A stretch of DNA of 64,000 nucleotides from Parcubacteria group bacterium GW2011_GWD2_38_12. GTDB lineage: Bacteria; Patescibacteriota; Minisyncoccia; GWC2-36-17. This document shows, piece after piece, positions 40,405 to 49,913 of the stretch (position 1 is its first letter; each line of letters starts with the position of its first letter). The notes beneath the pieces are model-generated. The model was not told the origin of the DNA. It ran no database searches and worked only from the letters and a program-made list of their open reading frames with translations. The position numbers were made by a program, and so were the translations under genes. The DNA is taken from the NCBI GenBank assembly GCA_000992345.1, contig LBUA01000001.1, forward strand, positions 81,711 through 145,710, read 5' to 3'.

Positions 40405-42195
40405 TTATTTCTTTTTCTCAACTTCAATTTGTACTTGTTCTAAAAATTTCTTGAATTTTATAGCTCCAATGTCGCCTCTACCAGCTTTTCTGACGGAAAC
40501 AGATTTAGATTTTATTTCTTTATCGCCAACTATCAAAAGGTAGGGGATTTTTTGTATTTCCCCTTCGCGAATTTTTTTACCAACTGTCTCGTCTTCATCT
40601 TTTAATTCCGTTCTGAATCCCGCTTCGATTAAGTTTTCATCTATTTCTTTGGCATATTTTTTATGGGTTTTTGAAATTGGAAGTATATGAATTTGCGTTG
40701 GGGCAAGCCATAAAGGAAAAACTCCGGCAAAATGTTCGATCAATACACCCATAAATCTTTCTGGGGAACCGACCAAGGCGCTATGAATCATGATTGGAGT
40801 ATGTTTTTGTCCATCTTGACCAATATATTCAAGATTAAAATTAGAGGGCATGTTGAAATCCAGTTGGATTGTGGAGAGTTGCCACTCTCTGCCTAAAGAA
40901 TCTTTCACAATTAAATCCATTTTAGGACCGTAAAAAGCGGCTTCCCCCTCGCTTCTAATATATTCAATTTTCTTTTCTTTCAATAAATCTTCCAGGATTT
41001 TTTGGGATTTTTTCCAAATTTCGTCAGTTCCTAGGTATTGTTCCTTCTTATTCTCGTCACGTAAAGACAATCTAATATAGCATTTCATCTTATATGTCTT
41101 CATTGCCTTCTCTATCGCTTTAAGCACCAAAGTAAACTCATCTTTTATTTGATCTTCACGACAAAAACAATGGCCATCATCTTGAGAAAAAGCGCGCAGG
41201 CGAGTAAGGCCGGAAAGCTCTCCTGGGCGTTCATCTCTATATAGGTTAGCAAAATCAGCAATACGTAGAGGAAGATCTTTGTAGCTACGCAATTGAGAAG
41301 CGTATATCTGGGTATGTTGAGGACAATTCATTGGCTTCAAAAAGTATTCTTCTTTGGTATAGTTAGAGACTACCCTAAGCATATCGTCTTTATATTTTAC
41401 ATAATGACCCGAGATTTTAAAAAGTTCAGCTTTATTGATATTTGGCGTATGTACTTCCTGATAACCAATCTCCTTTCTCAGTTCATTGGAATAATTTTGA
41501 ATTTGCTTTCTAATAAAAGCGCCCCTGGGTGTATAGAGTGGCAGTCCCGGACCCACTAAATCAGAGAATACAAATAGTCCGAGATCTTTTCCTATTTTGC
41601 GATGGTCTCTTTTTTCAAGCTCTATTTGCAATTTCAAATAATCTTCCAACTCTTTTTTACTTTCAAAAGCCACGCCATAGATACGAGTGAGCATTTGATT
41701 TTTTTCGCTTCCGCGCCAATATGCACCTGCGATTTTAGTGAGTTTAAAGGCCTCCGGATCTATGTCTTTTGTTGATTGGACATGCGGACCGGCGCATAAA
41801 TCCGTAAATACAGAGTTTTGGGGTTGGAGGTTGCTTGCCTGCCGGTAGGCATGGGAGATTGGAAAAGTCTTATAGACTGTAATGGGTTGATTAGCCGGTC
41901 CGGAAATAAGTTCAGAAATAAGATCTAATTTAAACGGCTGATTTTGAAATAATTCTCTAGCTTGATTAGCTGTAACTTCTTCCTTTCCAAACTTGATATT
42001 TCTTTTAATTAAGGCCTTTATTTTATTTTCCAGATTAAACAAATCCTGCTGTCCAATAGGGGACGGCAAAAGAAAGTCATAATAAAAACCATTTTCAATA
42101 GTCGGGCCAATACCTAATTTTGAGCCAGGATATTTTTCAAGTATTATCGCCGCGAGCAAGTGAGCGAGCGAGTGTCGTATTTGTTCGATATTCAT
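40405..42195 (-). CDS. thrS: Threonyl-tRNA synthetase (short form, no N-terminal TGS domain)
   Basis: HSLAHLLAAI editing-like N-region, EKRDHRKIGKDLGLF, class II motifs, and a C-terminal anticodon-binding domain. Confidence 0.85.
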   Translation of the reverse strand: MNIEQIRHSLAHLLAAIILEKYPGSKLGIGPTIENGFYYDFLLPSPIGQQDLFNLENKIKALIKRNIKFGKEEVTANQARELFQNQPFKLDLISELISGPANQPITVYKTFPISHAYRQASNLQPQNSVFTDLCAGPHVQSTKDIDPEAFKLTKIAGAYWRGSEKNQMLTRIYGVAFESKKELEDYLKLQIELEKRDHRKIGKDLGLFVFSDLVGPGLPLYTPRGAFIRKQIQNYSNELRKEIGYQEVHTPNINKAELFKISGHYVKYKDDMLRVVSNYTKEEYFLKPMNCPQHTQIYASQLRSYKDLPLRIADFANLYRDERPGELSGLTRLRAFSQDDGHCFCREDQIKDEFTLVLKAIEKAMKTYKMKCYIRLSLRDENKKEQYLGTDEIWKKSQKILEDLLKEKKIEYIRSEGEAAFYGPKMDLIVKDSLGREWQLSTIQLDFNMPSNFNLEYIGQDGQKHTPIMIHSALVGSPERFMGVLIEHFAGVFPLWLAPTQIHILPISKTHKKYAKEIDENLIEAGFRTELKDEDETVGKKIREGEIQKIPYLLIVGDKEIKSKSVSVRKAGRGDIGAIKFKKFLEQVQIEVEKKK

Positions 42196-42280
42196 AAATA
42201 TGTTATTGGCGCTAGCAATGCAAAATTTAAATTAGAAACTATCAACTAGCTTAGCATATTTAGGTCGATTTTTCTAGTGT

Positions 42281-45200
42281 TTATCCGTTAACTGGAAGCG
42301 ATTGTTTTTCTAAAATCTTCGCTTTATTGGCGATTATTTTAAATTGCCCGTCTTTGTCACTGACCTTGCCTTTTACCAGTATGATGGCGCCGGGTTGCCA
42401 AATATTTGCCGCTTCCGTTTCTTTCAAAACTCGCGGGAAAACAATTATTTCCGATTTGCCGGATAAATCCTCTATTTTTACAAAAAGCATAGATTCATTG
42501 CTTTTGGTTAAAATCTTTTTTATTTCCAAAACAAGGCCGCCGGTTATGATTTCTTCGCTTTTTTTAACTCCCGCCAGCTTTGCAAAAGGCACAGAAATTT
42601 TAGCTAAATAATCTTTATGTTCGTTCAATGGGTGGTCAGAAACATAAAGACCTAAAAGTTCTTTTTCCCAGCCCAACTTTTCTTCTTTGGTAGCTGGCGG
42701 AGAATTTTTTAATTTTATCGAGGGTTCAATATCTTTAATCGGCAAATTACTGAATAAACTGTCTTGTCCGCTGGAAACTGATTTTTGCGCTTCCCTGGAA
42801 TAATTAAGCAATATATCTATTGATTCCAGCAATTGTTTTCTTTCTTCAAGCGAATCAAGCGCCCCGCATCTTATCAAACTTTCCAAGGATTTTTTATTTA
42901 AATCTTTGTGTTTTACTTTATTGATAAAATCTTCAATATCCGTAAATCTTCCCTCTTTTTCGCGCGCATCTATGATTGCCTGCACGATATTTTTTCCGAC
43001 ATTTTTCACACCGGTCAATCCAAAACGAATAGTATTAGGCCCCGTTGTATTAAAAATACTGAAACTTTCATTGATGTCTGGTGGCAAAACATCTATACCC
43101 AGCGATTTGCACTCATCAATTAAGAAAGCGGCTCTTTCAATATCTCCAATTTCAGCGGTAAGTAAGGCGGACATAAATTCGTTTTGATAATTTGCTTTAA
43201 GATATGCGGTTTGATAGGCGACGAGAGCATAACATGCGGCATGAGACCTGTTGAAACCATACCTTGAAAACGGCTCCAATAAATCGGCAAGCTTCTGGGC
43301 AATGGCTTTTGGCACGCCGTTTTTCAGACATCCTTGCATAAAAACTTCCTGTTGTTCAAGCAATAATTTATGAATCTTTTTTCCAATAGCTTTTCTCAAA
43401 GTATCAGCTTGTCCGGGAGTAAATTTAGCGATTTGTTTTGCCATTTCCATAATTTGTTCTTGATAAACAGCAATGCCATGAGTATTTTTTAAGATTGTTT
43501 CAAGCGCAGGATATAGATATTCAATTTTTTCTTTCCCGTGTTTACGGGCGATAAAACTCGGGATAAGCTCCATTGGGCCAGGACGATAAAGCGCCACCAT
43601 GGCGATTAAATCTTCAAATTCTGTCGGTTTTAATTCTTTTAAATATCTTTTCATTCCGTCAGATTCAAATTGAAAAACTCCCGTTGTTTTTCCATTTTGA
43701 AAAAGTTTATAAGTTTTTTTATCGTCAAGAGGCAGTTTATCAATATCAATTTTTACGCCGTGATTTTTTTCTATAAGATTTAAAGTATTTTCAATGATAG
43801 TTAAATTTTTAAGACCCAAAATATCCATTTTTAAAAGACCTAGATCCTCAATAGCGTGCATTTCGTATTGCGTAACAATAATATTATTTCCATCTTGGGC
43901 GGCATTTTGCAATGGCACGGATTCTATCAGGGGATCTTTAGTGATTACAATCCCACAAGCATGAGTGGAAGCATGGCGTACTACGCCCTCCAATTTTATG
44001 GCTGAATCAATTAATTTTTTCGCCTGCGCGTCATTATTGTATTGATTTTTAAATTCCGGTGTTTCCAGAGCCTCTTTTAAATTTGACCCCAGCGGTATTA
44101 ATTTTGCCAATTGATCGCAAAAATCATAAGTATAGCCCAAGGCGCGGCCAGCATCGCGAATTGCGGCGCGTGCGGCCATAGTCCCAAAAGTGATAATCTG
44201 AGCAACTTTATCTTGACCGTATTTTTGAGATATATAATTTAAAACTTCCTGTCTGCGCGTATCGGCAAAGTCCAAGTCAATATCAGGCATGGAAATTCTG
44301 TCGGGATTTAAAAATCTTTCAAAAAGCAATTCATATTTTATTGGGTCGATATTGGTGATATTTGTCAAATAGGCGACAATGGAACCGGCGGCAGAACCGC
44401 GGCCCGGACCCACGACTATGCCGTTTGATTTTGCCCAATTCACGAAATCCTGAACAATCAAAAAGTATGGTTCATATCCCATTTTTTCTATAACCGATAA
44501 TTCAAAATCCAACCTATCCAGAATAGATTTTATAAAATCTTTCGGATTTTCAATATCTTCCGGATTAATATCGTATCTTTTTTTAAGGCCATTAAAACAC
44601 AATTCCTTTAAATATGTTTGGGGAGTATATCCTCCAGGCACTTTGAAATGGGGGAGTTGGATTTTCCCAATCTCAATTTTTAAATTACAAGAATCGGCAA
44701 TGATTTTTGTGTTTTCTATAGCTTCCGGAGCACGCTCAAATGAACTGATCATCTCCTCGGTTGGTTTTAAGGAAAAATCTTCCATTTTCATCGTTAGACG
44801 ATCTTCGTCATCCATAAAATTTGAAGTTTGAACAGCCAATAAAATGTCCTGCGCCTCAGCGTCTTCTTTTTTTAAATAATGGGAATCATTTGTGGCAACA
44901 AGCGGTATGCCGGTTTTCTTTGAAATTTTTATTAATTCGTTATTTACGGAATCTTGTCCCTCAAGATTGGGGTGGGGCTGAATTTCCAGATAAAAATTTC
45001 CTTTGCCGAAAATTTCTTGGTATTCCAGGGCTAATTTTTCCGCTTTTTCAATGTGACCGGCGTGAATTGCGCGGGGAATTTCTCCACCAAGACAAGCTGA
45101 CATTGCGATAAGTCCTTTAGAGTATTGCCTGAGCAATTCTTTGTCCGCACGAGGCTTGTAATAAAATCCTTCAAGATGAGCCTTGCTGACAATTTTTAAA

Positions 45201-45502
45201 AGATTTTTATAGCCCTCGGTATTTTTAGCGAGTAAAATTAAATGATGTCTTTTATCATCTATTCCCGATCGTTTGTCATGTCTTGTGTTATTAGCCAAAT
45301 ATATTTCGCATCCTATAATCGGCTTGATGCCGGCTGACGTCGCTTTTTTGTAAAATTCAATGGCGCCATACATAACACCGTGATCGGTCAATGCTAAAGA
45401 CTCCATGCCCAAAGATTTAGCATATTCAACAAGGGCGTCTATTTTTGATAAACCATCCAAGAGAGAATAATGGCTATGAACGTGAAGGTGAGTGAATTTC
45501 AA
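42281..45502 (-). CDS. dnaE: DNA polymerase III alpha subunit (TTG start)
   Basis: MKFTHLHVHSHYSLLDG PHP domain, a polymerase core, and an OB domain. 1073 aa. Confidence 0.9.
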   Translation of the reverse strand: MKFTHLHVHSHYSLLDGLSKIDALVEYAKSLGMESLALTDHGVMYGAIEFYKKATSAGIKPIIGCEIYLANNTRHDKRSGIDDKRHHLILLAKNTEGYKNLLKIVSKAHLEGFYYKPRADKELLRQYSKGLIAMSACLGGEIPRAIHAGHIEKAEKLALEYQEIFGKGNFYLEIQPHPNLEGQDSVNNELIKISKKTGIPLVATNDSHYLKKEDAEAQDILLAVQTSNFMDDEDRLTMKMEDFSLKPTEEMISSFERAPEAIENTKIIADSCNLKIEIGKIQLPHFKVPGGYTPQTYLKELCFNGLKKRYDINPEDIENPKDFIKSILDRLDFELSVIEKMGYEPYFLIVQDFVNWAKSNGIVVGPGRGSAAGSIVAYLTNITNIDPIKYELLFERFLNPDRISMPDIDLDFADTRRQEVLNYISQKYGQDKVAQIITFGTMAARAAIRDAGRALGYTYDFCDQLAKLIPLGSNLKEALETPEFKNQYNNDAQAKKLIDSAIKLEGVVRHASTHACGIVITKDPLIESVPLQNAAQDGNNIIVTQYEMHAIEDLGLLKMDILGLKNLTIIENTLNLIEKNHGVKIDIDKLPLDDKKTYKLFQNGKTTGVFQFESDGMKRYLKELKPTEFEDLIAMVALYRPGPMELIPSFIARKHGKEKIEYLYPALETILKNTHGIAVYQEQIMEMAKQIAKFTPGQADTLRKAIGKKIHKLLLEQQEVFMQGCLKNGVPKAIAQKLADLLEPFSRYGFNRSHAACYALVAYQTAYLKANYQNEFMSALLTAEIGDIERAAFLIDECKSLGIDVLPPDINESFSIFNTTGPNTIRFGLTGVKNVGKNIVQAIIDAREKEGRFTDIEDFINKVKHKDLNKKSLESLIRCGALDSLEERKQLLESIDILLNYSREAQKSVSSGQDSLFSNLPIKDIEPSIKLKNSPPATKEEKLGWEKELLGLYVSDHPLNEHKDYLAKISVPFAKLAGVKKSEEIITGGLVLEIKKILTKSNESMLFVKIEDLSGKSEIIVFPRVLKETEAANIWQPGAIILVKGKVSDKDGQFKIIANKAKILEKQSLPVNG

Positions 45503-45504
45503 TT

Positions 45505-45540
45505 TAGCTCGTTAGCTCGTTAGCTCGTTAGCTCGTTAGC
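45505..45540. repeat. Tandem octamer repeat (TTAGCTCG x4.5) immediately upstream of the dnaE start codon
   Basis: Direct reading of 45505-45540. On the minus strand it reads (GCUAACGA)n, ending 3 nt before the TTG start. Confidence 0.8.
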
Positions 45541-45681
45541 AAATTAATCAAAATGCCAATAAACTAAAAACATAGAGCAAGTTTATTTTCTAATTGAATT
45601 TTAAAGGTTTAAAGTTAAATTGCAATACTTGATTATAAGCATCATTATGATAAAATATTAATCAAAAATAAGAGGTGTTAA

Positions 45682-45870
45682 ATGGCGCGTATAAAAATAT
45701 ATTATACGAAAGAAAGCCAACCGGTAATAGAAAGAATTCTTCTTGATTTATATGAAATATGCCCAATAGAAAATTGCGGATTTCAGGAGGGGTGCAACGG
45801 AAAACGAAAAACAAGAGATAATGAATTTGAGTGCTATTTGGAAGAATTATTAATGCTTTTTAAAAAATAA
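45682..45870 (+). CDS. Small hypothetical Cys-containing protein (62 aa)
   Basis: AGAGG RBS and four Cys residues (C27, C32, C38, C51). Confidence 0.35.
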   Translation: MARIKIYYTKESQPVIERILLDLYEICPIENCGFQEGCNGKRKTRDNEFECYLEELLMLFKK

Positions 45871-45889
45871 AAAGGGAGGTTTAGAAGCT

Positions 45890-46099
45890 ATGGGAAGGGG
45901 GATATTTTTAATACTCGTGGCGCTCGGCATGGGAAATCATCTGCCTACTATACCCACATGGACTATGCCCACCAGGAAGGGTGATCATCCAGCTTTATCG
46001 CGAAAAATAAAGAGTAGGACGGGAAAAAGAAAATGGCAATATTGTGGTGGAAGGTCAAGAAAAAAGAAAAGAAAAAAGAAACAATCAAAAAAGCTCTGA
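45890..46099 (+). CDS. Small hypothetical protein with hydrophobic N-terminus and Lys-rich tail
   Basis: GGGAGG RBS 8 nt upstream. Low-complexity KKRKKKQSKK tail. It could be spurious. Confidence 0.25.
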   Translation: MGRGIFLILVALGMGNHLPTIPTWTMPTRKGDHPALSRKIKSRTGKRKWQYCGGRSRKKKRKKKQSKKL

Positions 46100-46145
46100 G
46101 AAATCAGGGCTTTTGTTATTTTTAAAATAGATTTATTATTGTGAT

Positions 46146-46841
46146 ATGGATTTCTCCACTGAACAAAAATATATAAAACAAGGTTACGATTTTGTGATTG
46201 GAATAGACGAGGCGGGGAGGGGGCCACTGGCAGGACCGGTTATTGCCAGCGCGTTGGCAATAACCAAGTTTAAAGTTGAAAGTTTAAAGTTGAAAGTGGG
46301 GGATTCGTCCTTGGCGAAAGACTTATGGTTAGAAGTGAAAGATTCTAAAAAATTATCGCCGAAAAAACGAGAAAAGCTTTTTGAAATTTTAACAACTGAC
46401 CCTGATATTAAATATGGAATCGGAATCATATCGGAAAAAGTGATTGATAAAAAAAATATTTTACAAGCAACATTGATGGCGATGAAGATAGCGGTAGAGA
46501 ATCTAATAAAAAAGGAACCAAAAATTTCCCCACTCGCCAGTCCGACGATCGTCGGACTGGCGAGTAAAAGAAAATCCGTTATATTAATTGATGGAAGAGA
46601 TATTATTGAAGATTTGGATTTTGACCAGCATTCCATTATAAATGGAGATAATAAAGTTTGGTCTATCGCCGCGGCTTCTATTATTGCTAAAGTCACGCGC
46701 GATAAGATAATGATAAAATATCACGAAAAATATCCTCAATATTGTTTTGACAGGCATAAGGGTTATGGCACAAAACTACATTTCGAAAAAATCGCCGAAC
46801 ACGGCCAATGCGAAATACACAGAAAAAGTTTTTTAGATTAA
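46146..46841 (+). CDS. rnhB: Ribonuclease HII
   Basis: VIGIDEAGRGPLAGPVIASAL active-site N-terminus. Contains a low-complexity tandem insertion and a 32-bp GC-rich perfect palindrome at 46533-46564. Confidence 0.85.
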   Translation: MDFSTEQKYIKQGYDFVIGIDEAGRGPLAGPVIASALAITKFKVESLKLKVGDSSLAKDLWLEVKDSKKLSPKKREKLFEILTTDPDIKYGIGIISEKVIDKKNILQATLMAMKIAVENLIKKEPKISPLASPTIVGLASKRKSVILIDGRDIIEDLDFDQHSIINGDNKVWSIAAASIIAKVTRDKIMIKYHEKYPQYCFDRHKGYGTKLHFEKIAEHGQCEIHRKSFLD

Positions 46842-46886
46842 TTGAATTGGGGTATACTGAGATAATAATCATTAAATTTTTACACG

Positions 46887-47450
46887 ATGATATTGTCAGA
46901 TAAAGATATTAAAAAAATCCTTAAAAAAGGGGATTTATTATTTAGTCCGGAGCTAGAACCCGATCAAATCGGTCCAGCTTCCATTGATTTAAAATTAAGT
47001 CCGATTTTCAAAACATTCAACACTCAAAAACATAGTTTGCTTGATATTAAAAAAGGATTGCCGCCCAACTTTACGATAACCCACAAACTTAATATCGGCG
47101 AAAATTTCATTTTGCATCCCGGAGATTTTATTCTGGCCAGCACGGTGGAATATATAAAAGTTCCCGATAATATTGCGGTCAGGGTGGAGGGAAAAAGTTC
47201 TCTCGCTCGCATGGGAATACTGGTGCACACAGCCGGCTTTATTGACCCTGGCTTTGAGGGAACAATTACCCTGGAAATCAGCAACCAATCAAATTTGGCC
47301 ATCGCCATCTATCCTGGCATGTATATCTGTCAGGTTGCCGTTGAATATTTATCCTCTCCCGCAGAAGTGCCTTATAATAAACGAAAAAAATCATTATATT
47401 TAAAACAGAAAGAACCCACTGAAGCGGATATAAAGAATCTTTTTAGTTAG
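46887..47450 (+). CDS. dcd: dCTP deaminase (dUTPase fold)
   Basis: PASIDLKL, GKSSLARMGI and VHTAGFIDPGFEGTITLEISN motifs. Confidence 0.8.
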   Translation: MILSDKDIKKILKKGDLLFSPELEPDQIGPASIDLKLSPIFKTFNTQKHSLLDIKKGLPPNFTITHKLNIGENFILHPGDFILASTVEYIKVPDNIAVRVEGKSSLARMGILVHTAGFIDPGFEGTITLEISNQSNLAIAIYPGMYICQVAVEYLSSPAEVPYNKRKKSLYLKQKEPTEADIKNLFS

Positions 47451-47535
47451 TCATCTAAATTGACAGAGGTGCCTATTTCTTATAATCTGATTTTAGAGTT
47501 TTTTTACAATTGAAAAATGGATAAGGGAGGAAACG

Positions 47536-47958
47536 ATGAGAGTAAAAACCGTATTTATCGCGCATCCGATTAGCGGCGACATTAAAGGAAATGTGGTAAA
47601 AGTATTGGCAATTTGCGAGAAAATTCATTCAAAAGAGATAATTCCTGTTGCTCCGTATCTTGTGTCTTTGCAATATCTAGATGATGAGATTATTGAAGAC
47701 AGGAAATTGGGTATAGCCGCAAACTTAGAATGTTTTCGCAGAAAATATATTGATGAGCTCTGGCTTTATGGCGATAGAATTTCCAAAGGAATGGAACAAG
47801 AGATAAAACTGGCATTGAAATTGCGAATTCCCATTAAATCAAAAACCGCAATAACAAAAATAGCCCTGAAACTTTTTATTATGAAATCAGCGTTGAAATA
47901 TACAGAAAAATTCATGAAAACTGAAAACAAAAGGAGAGGCGGAAATGATAAAAGTTGA
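47536..47958 (+). CDS. Nucleoside 2-deoxyribosyltransferase-like (DUF4406-like) small protein
   Basis: VFIAHPISGD N-terminal motif and C-terminal ELWLYGDRISKGMEQEI resemble the NDT-superfamily fold. Weak assignment by pattern only. Confidence 0.35.
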   Translation: MRVKTVFIAHPISGDIKGNVVKVLAICEKIHSKEIIPVAPYLVSLQYLDDEIIEDRKLGIAANLECFRRKYIDELWLYGDRISKGMEQEIKLALKLRIPIKSKTAITKIALKLFIMKSALKYTEKFMKTENKRRGGNDKS

Positions 47959-49375
47959 ATTGCTTGGGTTGACGATGCTTGAAGAAGAATCAGGCAAAAA
48001 AGAAGTTGCTTGTGGCAAGGAGCTTGAAGCACTGATGTCTTTTGCGGCCTATGGATGTTATGAAGGCGAAAAGCCGCATATAGGCAAAGTGATTAATTTG
48101 AAAAACAGGATATTTGACACGGGACATCACACAATACTTCAGCATATATATGCGACATTTTGGCTGGAGGGGTTGGCAATCAGCGATTTTACCTTTGGAT
48201 TGCATCTTGCGCATTCGTTTTATAATTCCAGCCAGCGATCAGGCCGGTTTTGTTCCAGTATGTTTTCCAAGCCCGATTTTACGGCTCTGGCAAACTATAT
48301 TCATGCGTACTGGCCAACATTGAAAGACAGGCAATTTGCCGCTATTTTAGGTCTTGTGAGAAAAGGCGCGAAAATCTATGAAGATAATCTCATCGTTGCG
48401 ATGGAACACGCCGCGAAATATATCAAACAAGAACGGCCTCTTGCCACAGAAAAATATATCAATCAAAATGCTCTGAAATTTGCGCAAGAACAGTTAAGGG
48501 TATTTCTGCCGACCATATTTCCAACAGCCGCGACTTTCACAATCAACCTTTCAACACTTTCCAGTTTATGCCAAACAGCATGGTCTCCGACATTAAAAGA
48601 TATCTCTAGAAAAATGGCGGATTTAATCATCCAAAAGTGCCCAAATATTGCTTTTATGTTTGAATCAGTTAATTCCAAAGAATCAGAGAAATTCTGGAGA
48701 TGGACGCCGGATTTCAATTATGGAGATAATATCGAGGTTTTATACAAACCAAAAATTAAATTAATTGATTTAGAATATAATCCTGAATCTGCATTTCCCG
48801 AGGAATCAATGACTCACCCAGCTGATTTACTAAATTTTCACCCTTGTTTTATGAAAAACAGGAAAACAAGATTCAAGACAAAGGTGGAAATATCGGTGGC
48901 TACCATGGGACAAGATCAAAGGCACAGGACAACGAATAGAACTGAGCCGCGCATAACGGGAAATTTTTATTTGCCGCCGCTCGCAGCGCTTTGCAGATTA
49001 GAAGATGAAGCATTGGAAATTATGAATTTATATAGGGATATTGCCTGGGATTTATCGCAAGATCAAGATAATAAAACGCTTGTGACAGCGATTATTCCTT
49101 ATGGCGCGATGGTTGAATACGAAAAAGAATTTGATTTAAATTCTGCCATCCATGAGATGTCAAAAAGAGGATGCTGGTGCGCTCAAGAAGAGATTTATCA
49201 TTTGGCTAGCGGATTAAGAAATTTGATAGATCAGGGATATATGGATTTTCAGGAGAGAGATCTTTTAAAAATTTTTCTCCCCGCGTGTTTGAAAAACGGT
49301 AAATGCGGAGAAGGCGCAAGATATTGCGGACGCGATATCGGGCAAAAACCGCATTTTCCTGAAAGAAAAATATAA
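47945..49375 (+). CDS. ThyX-family (flavin-dependent thymidylate synthase-like) protein, elongated, with non-canonical active-site motif
   Basis: GHHTILQH aligns to the ThyX GHETPFEH motif. AHSFYNSSQRSGRF aligns residue-for-residue to RHRIASYNELSGRY, with both arginines replaced (A-H-S). At 476 aa it is about twice ThyX length, and the C-terminal half contains a QRHRTTNRTEPR stretch. Overlaps the upstream gene by 14 nt. Confidence 0.6.
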   Translation: MIKVELLGLTMLEEESGKKEVACGKELEALMSFAAYGCYEGEKPHIGKVINLKNRIFDTGHHTILQHIYATFWLEGLAISDFTFGLHLAHSFYNSSQRSGRFCSSMFSKPDFTALANYIHAYWPTLKDRQFAAILGLVRKGAKIYEDNLIVAMEHAAKYIKQERPLATEKYINQNALKFAQEQLRVFLPTIFPTAATFTINLSTLSSLCQTAWSPTLKDISRKMADLIIQKCPNIAFMFESVNSKESEKFWRWTPDFNYGDNIEVLYKPKIKLIDLEYNPESAFPEESMTHPADLLNFHPCFMKNRKTRFKTKVEISVATMGQDQRHRTTNRTEPRITGNFYLPPLAALCRLEDEALEIMNLYRDIAWDLSQDQDNKTLVTAIIPYGAMVEYEKEFDLNSAIHEMSKRGCWCAQEEIYHLASGLRNLIDQGYMDFQERDLLKIFLPACLKNGKCGEGARYCGRDIGQKPHFPERKI

Positions 49376-49400
49376 TCCATCAGTTGGCGGATTGAAATTT

Positions 49401-49537
49401 CGTCGGGTCTCGCAAATGAATTTAGAAAGATTCATTTGCCTCGCCCCTAGAAATTATATTTGTTTCACGCATATAATTACGTCGGGTCTCGCAAATGAAT
49501 TTAGAAAGATTCATTTGCCTCGCCCCTAGAAATTATA
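49401..49537. repeat. Two ~58-bp direct repeats, each with a 10-bp-stem hairpin, 21-bp spacer
   Basis: CGTCGGGTCTCGCAAATGAATTTAGAAAGATTCATTTGCCTCGCCCCTAGAAATTATA at 49401-49458 and 49480-49537. The internal inverted repeat is GCAAATGAAT/ATTCATTTGC. A terminator follows at 49544-49578. Confidence 0.8.
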
Positions 49538-49631
49538 AAAAATAAAGCGGCGATTTCTTAAAGAAATCGCCGCTTTTTACTTGATAAACAAACTATTGAC
49601 TCCATCACAATTTTCATATAAAATAATGTTC

Positions 49632-49913
49632 ATGCTAAAAATCAGATTACAAAGAGTCGGGAAAAGAAATGACGCAAAATTCAGATTAGTGGTCATTGAA
49701 CATACTGGCAAACCCAAAAGCGGATCTTTAGAAACCTTGGGTTTTTATGATCCCAAAACCGATGAAAGGGGATTTAACGCCGAAAAAATAAAATATTGGA
49801 TTTCAAAGGGCGCCAAAGCTTCCGATACTGTGCATAATATGCTTATTAAAAATCAGATTATTTCCGGGAAGAAAATTGCCGTTCACAAAATAAAAAAAGA
49901 GAAAAAGAAATAA
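49632..49913 (+). CDS. rpsP: 30S ribosomal protein S16
   Basis: MLKIRLQRVGKRNDAKFRLVVIEHTGKPKSGSLETLGFYDPKT. The start is placed at the internal Met of the track ORF. Confidence 0.8.
   Translation: MLKIRLQRVGKRNDAKFRLVVIEHTGKPKSGSLETLGFYDPKTDERGFNAEKIKYWISKGAKASDTVHNMLIKNQIISGKKIAVHKIKKEKKK

Noticed and set aside
45890-46099. Lys-rich 69-aa ORF as a confident gene
   Set aside because: It has a good RBS, but the sequence is dominated by an A-rich run that encodes poly-Lys in one frame. It could be a frame artefact and is kept at low confidence only.
49397-49540. Possible CRISPR array
   Set aside because: There are only two repeats. The repeat (58 bp) is much longer than the spacer (21 bp). 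No cas genes lie nearby. No other CRISPR-like periodic array was found in the window.
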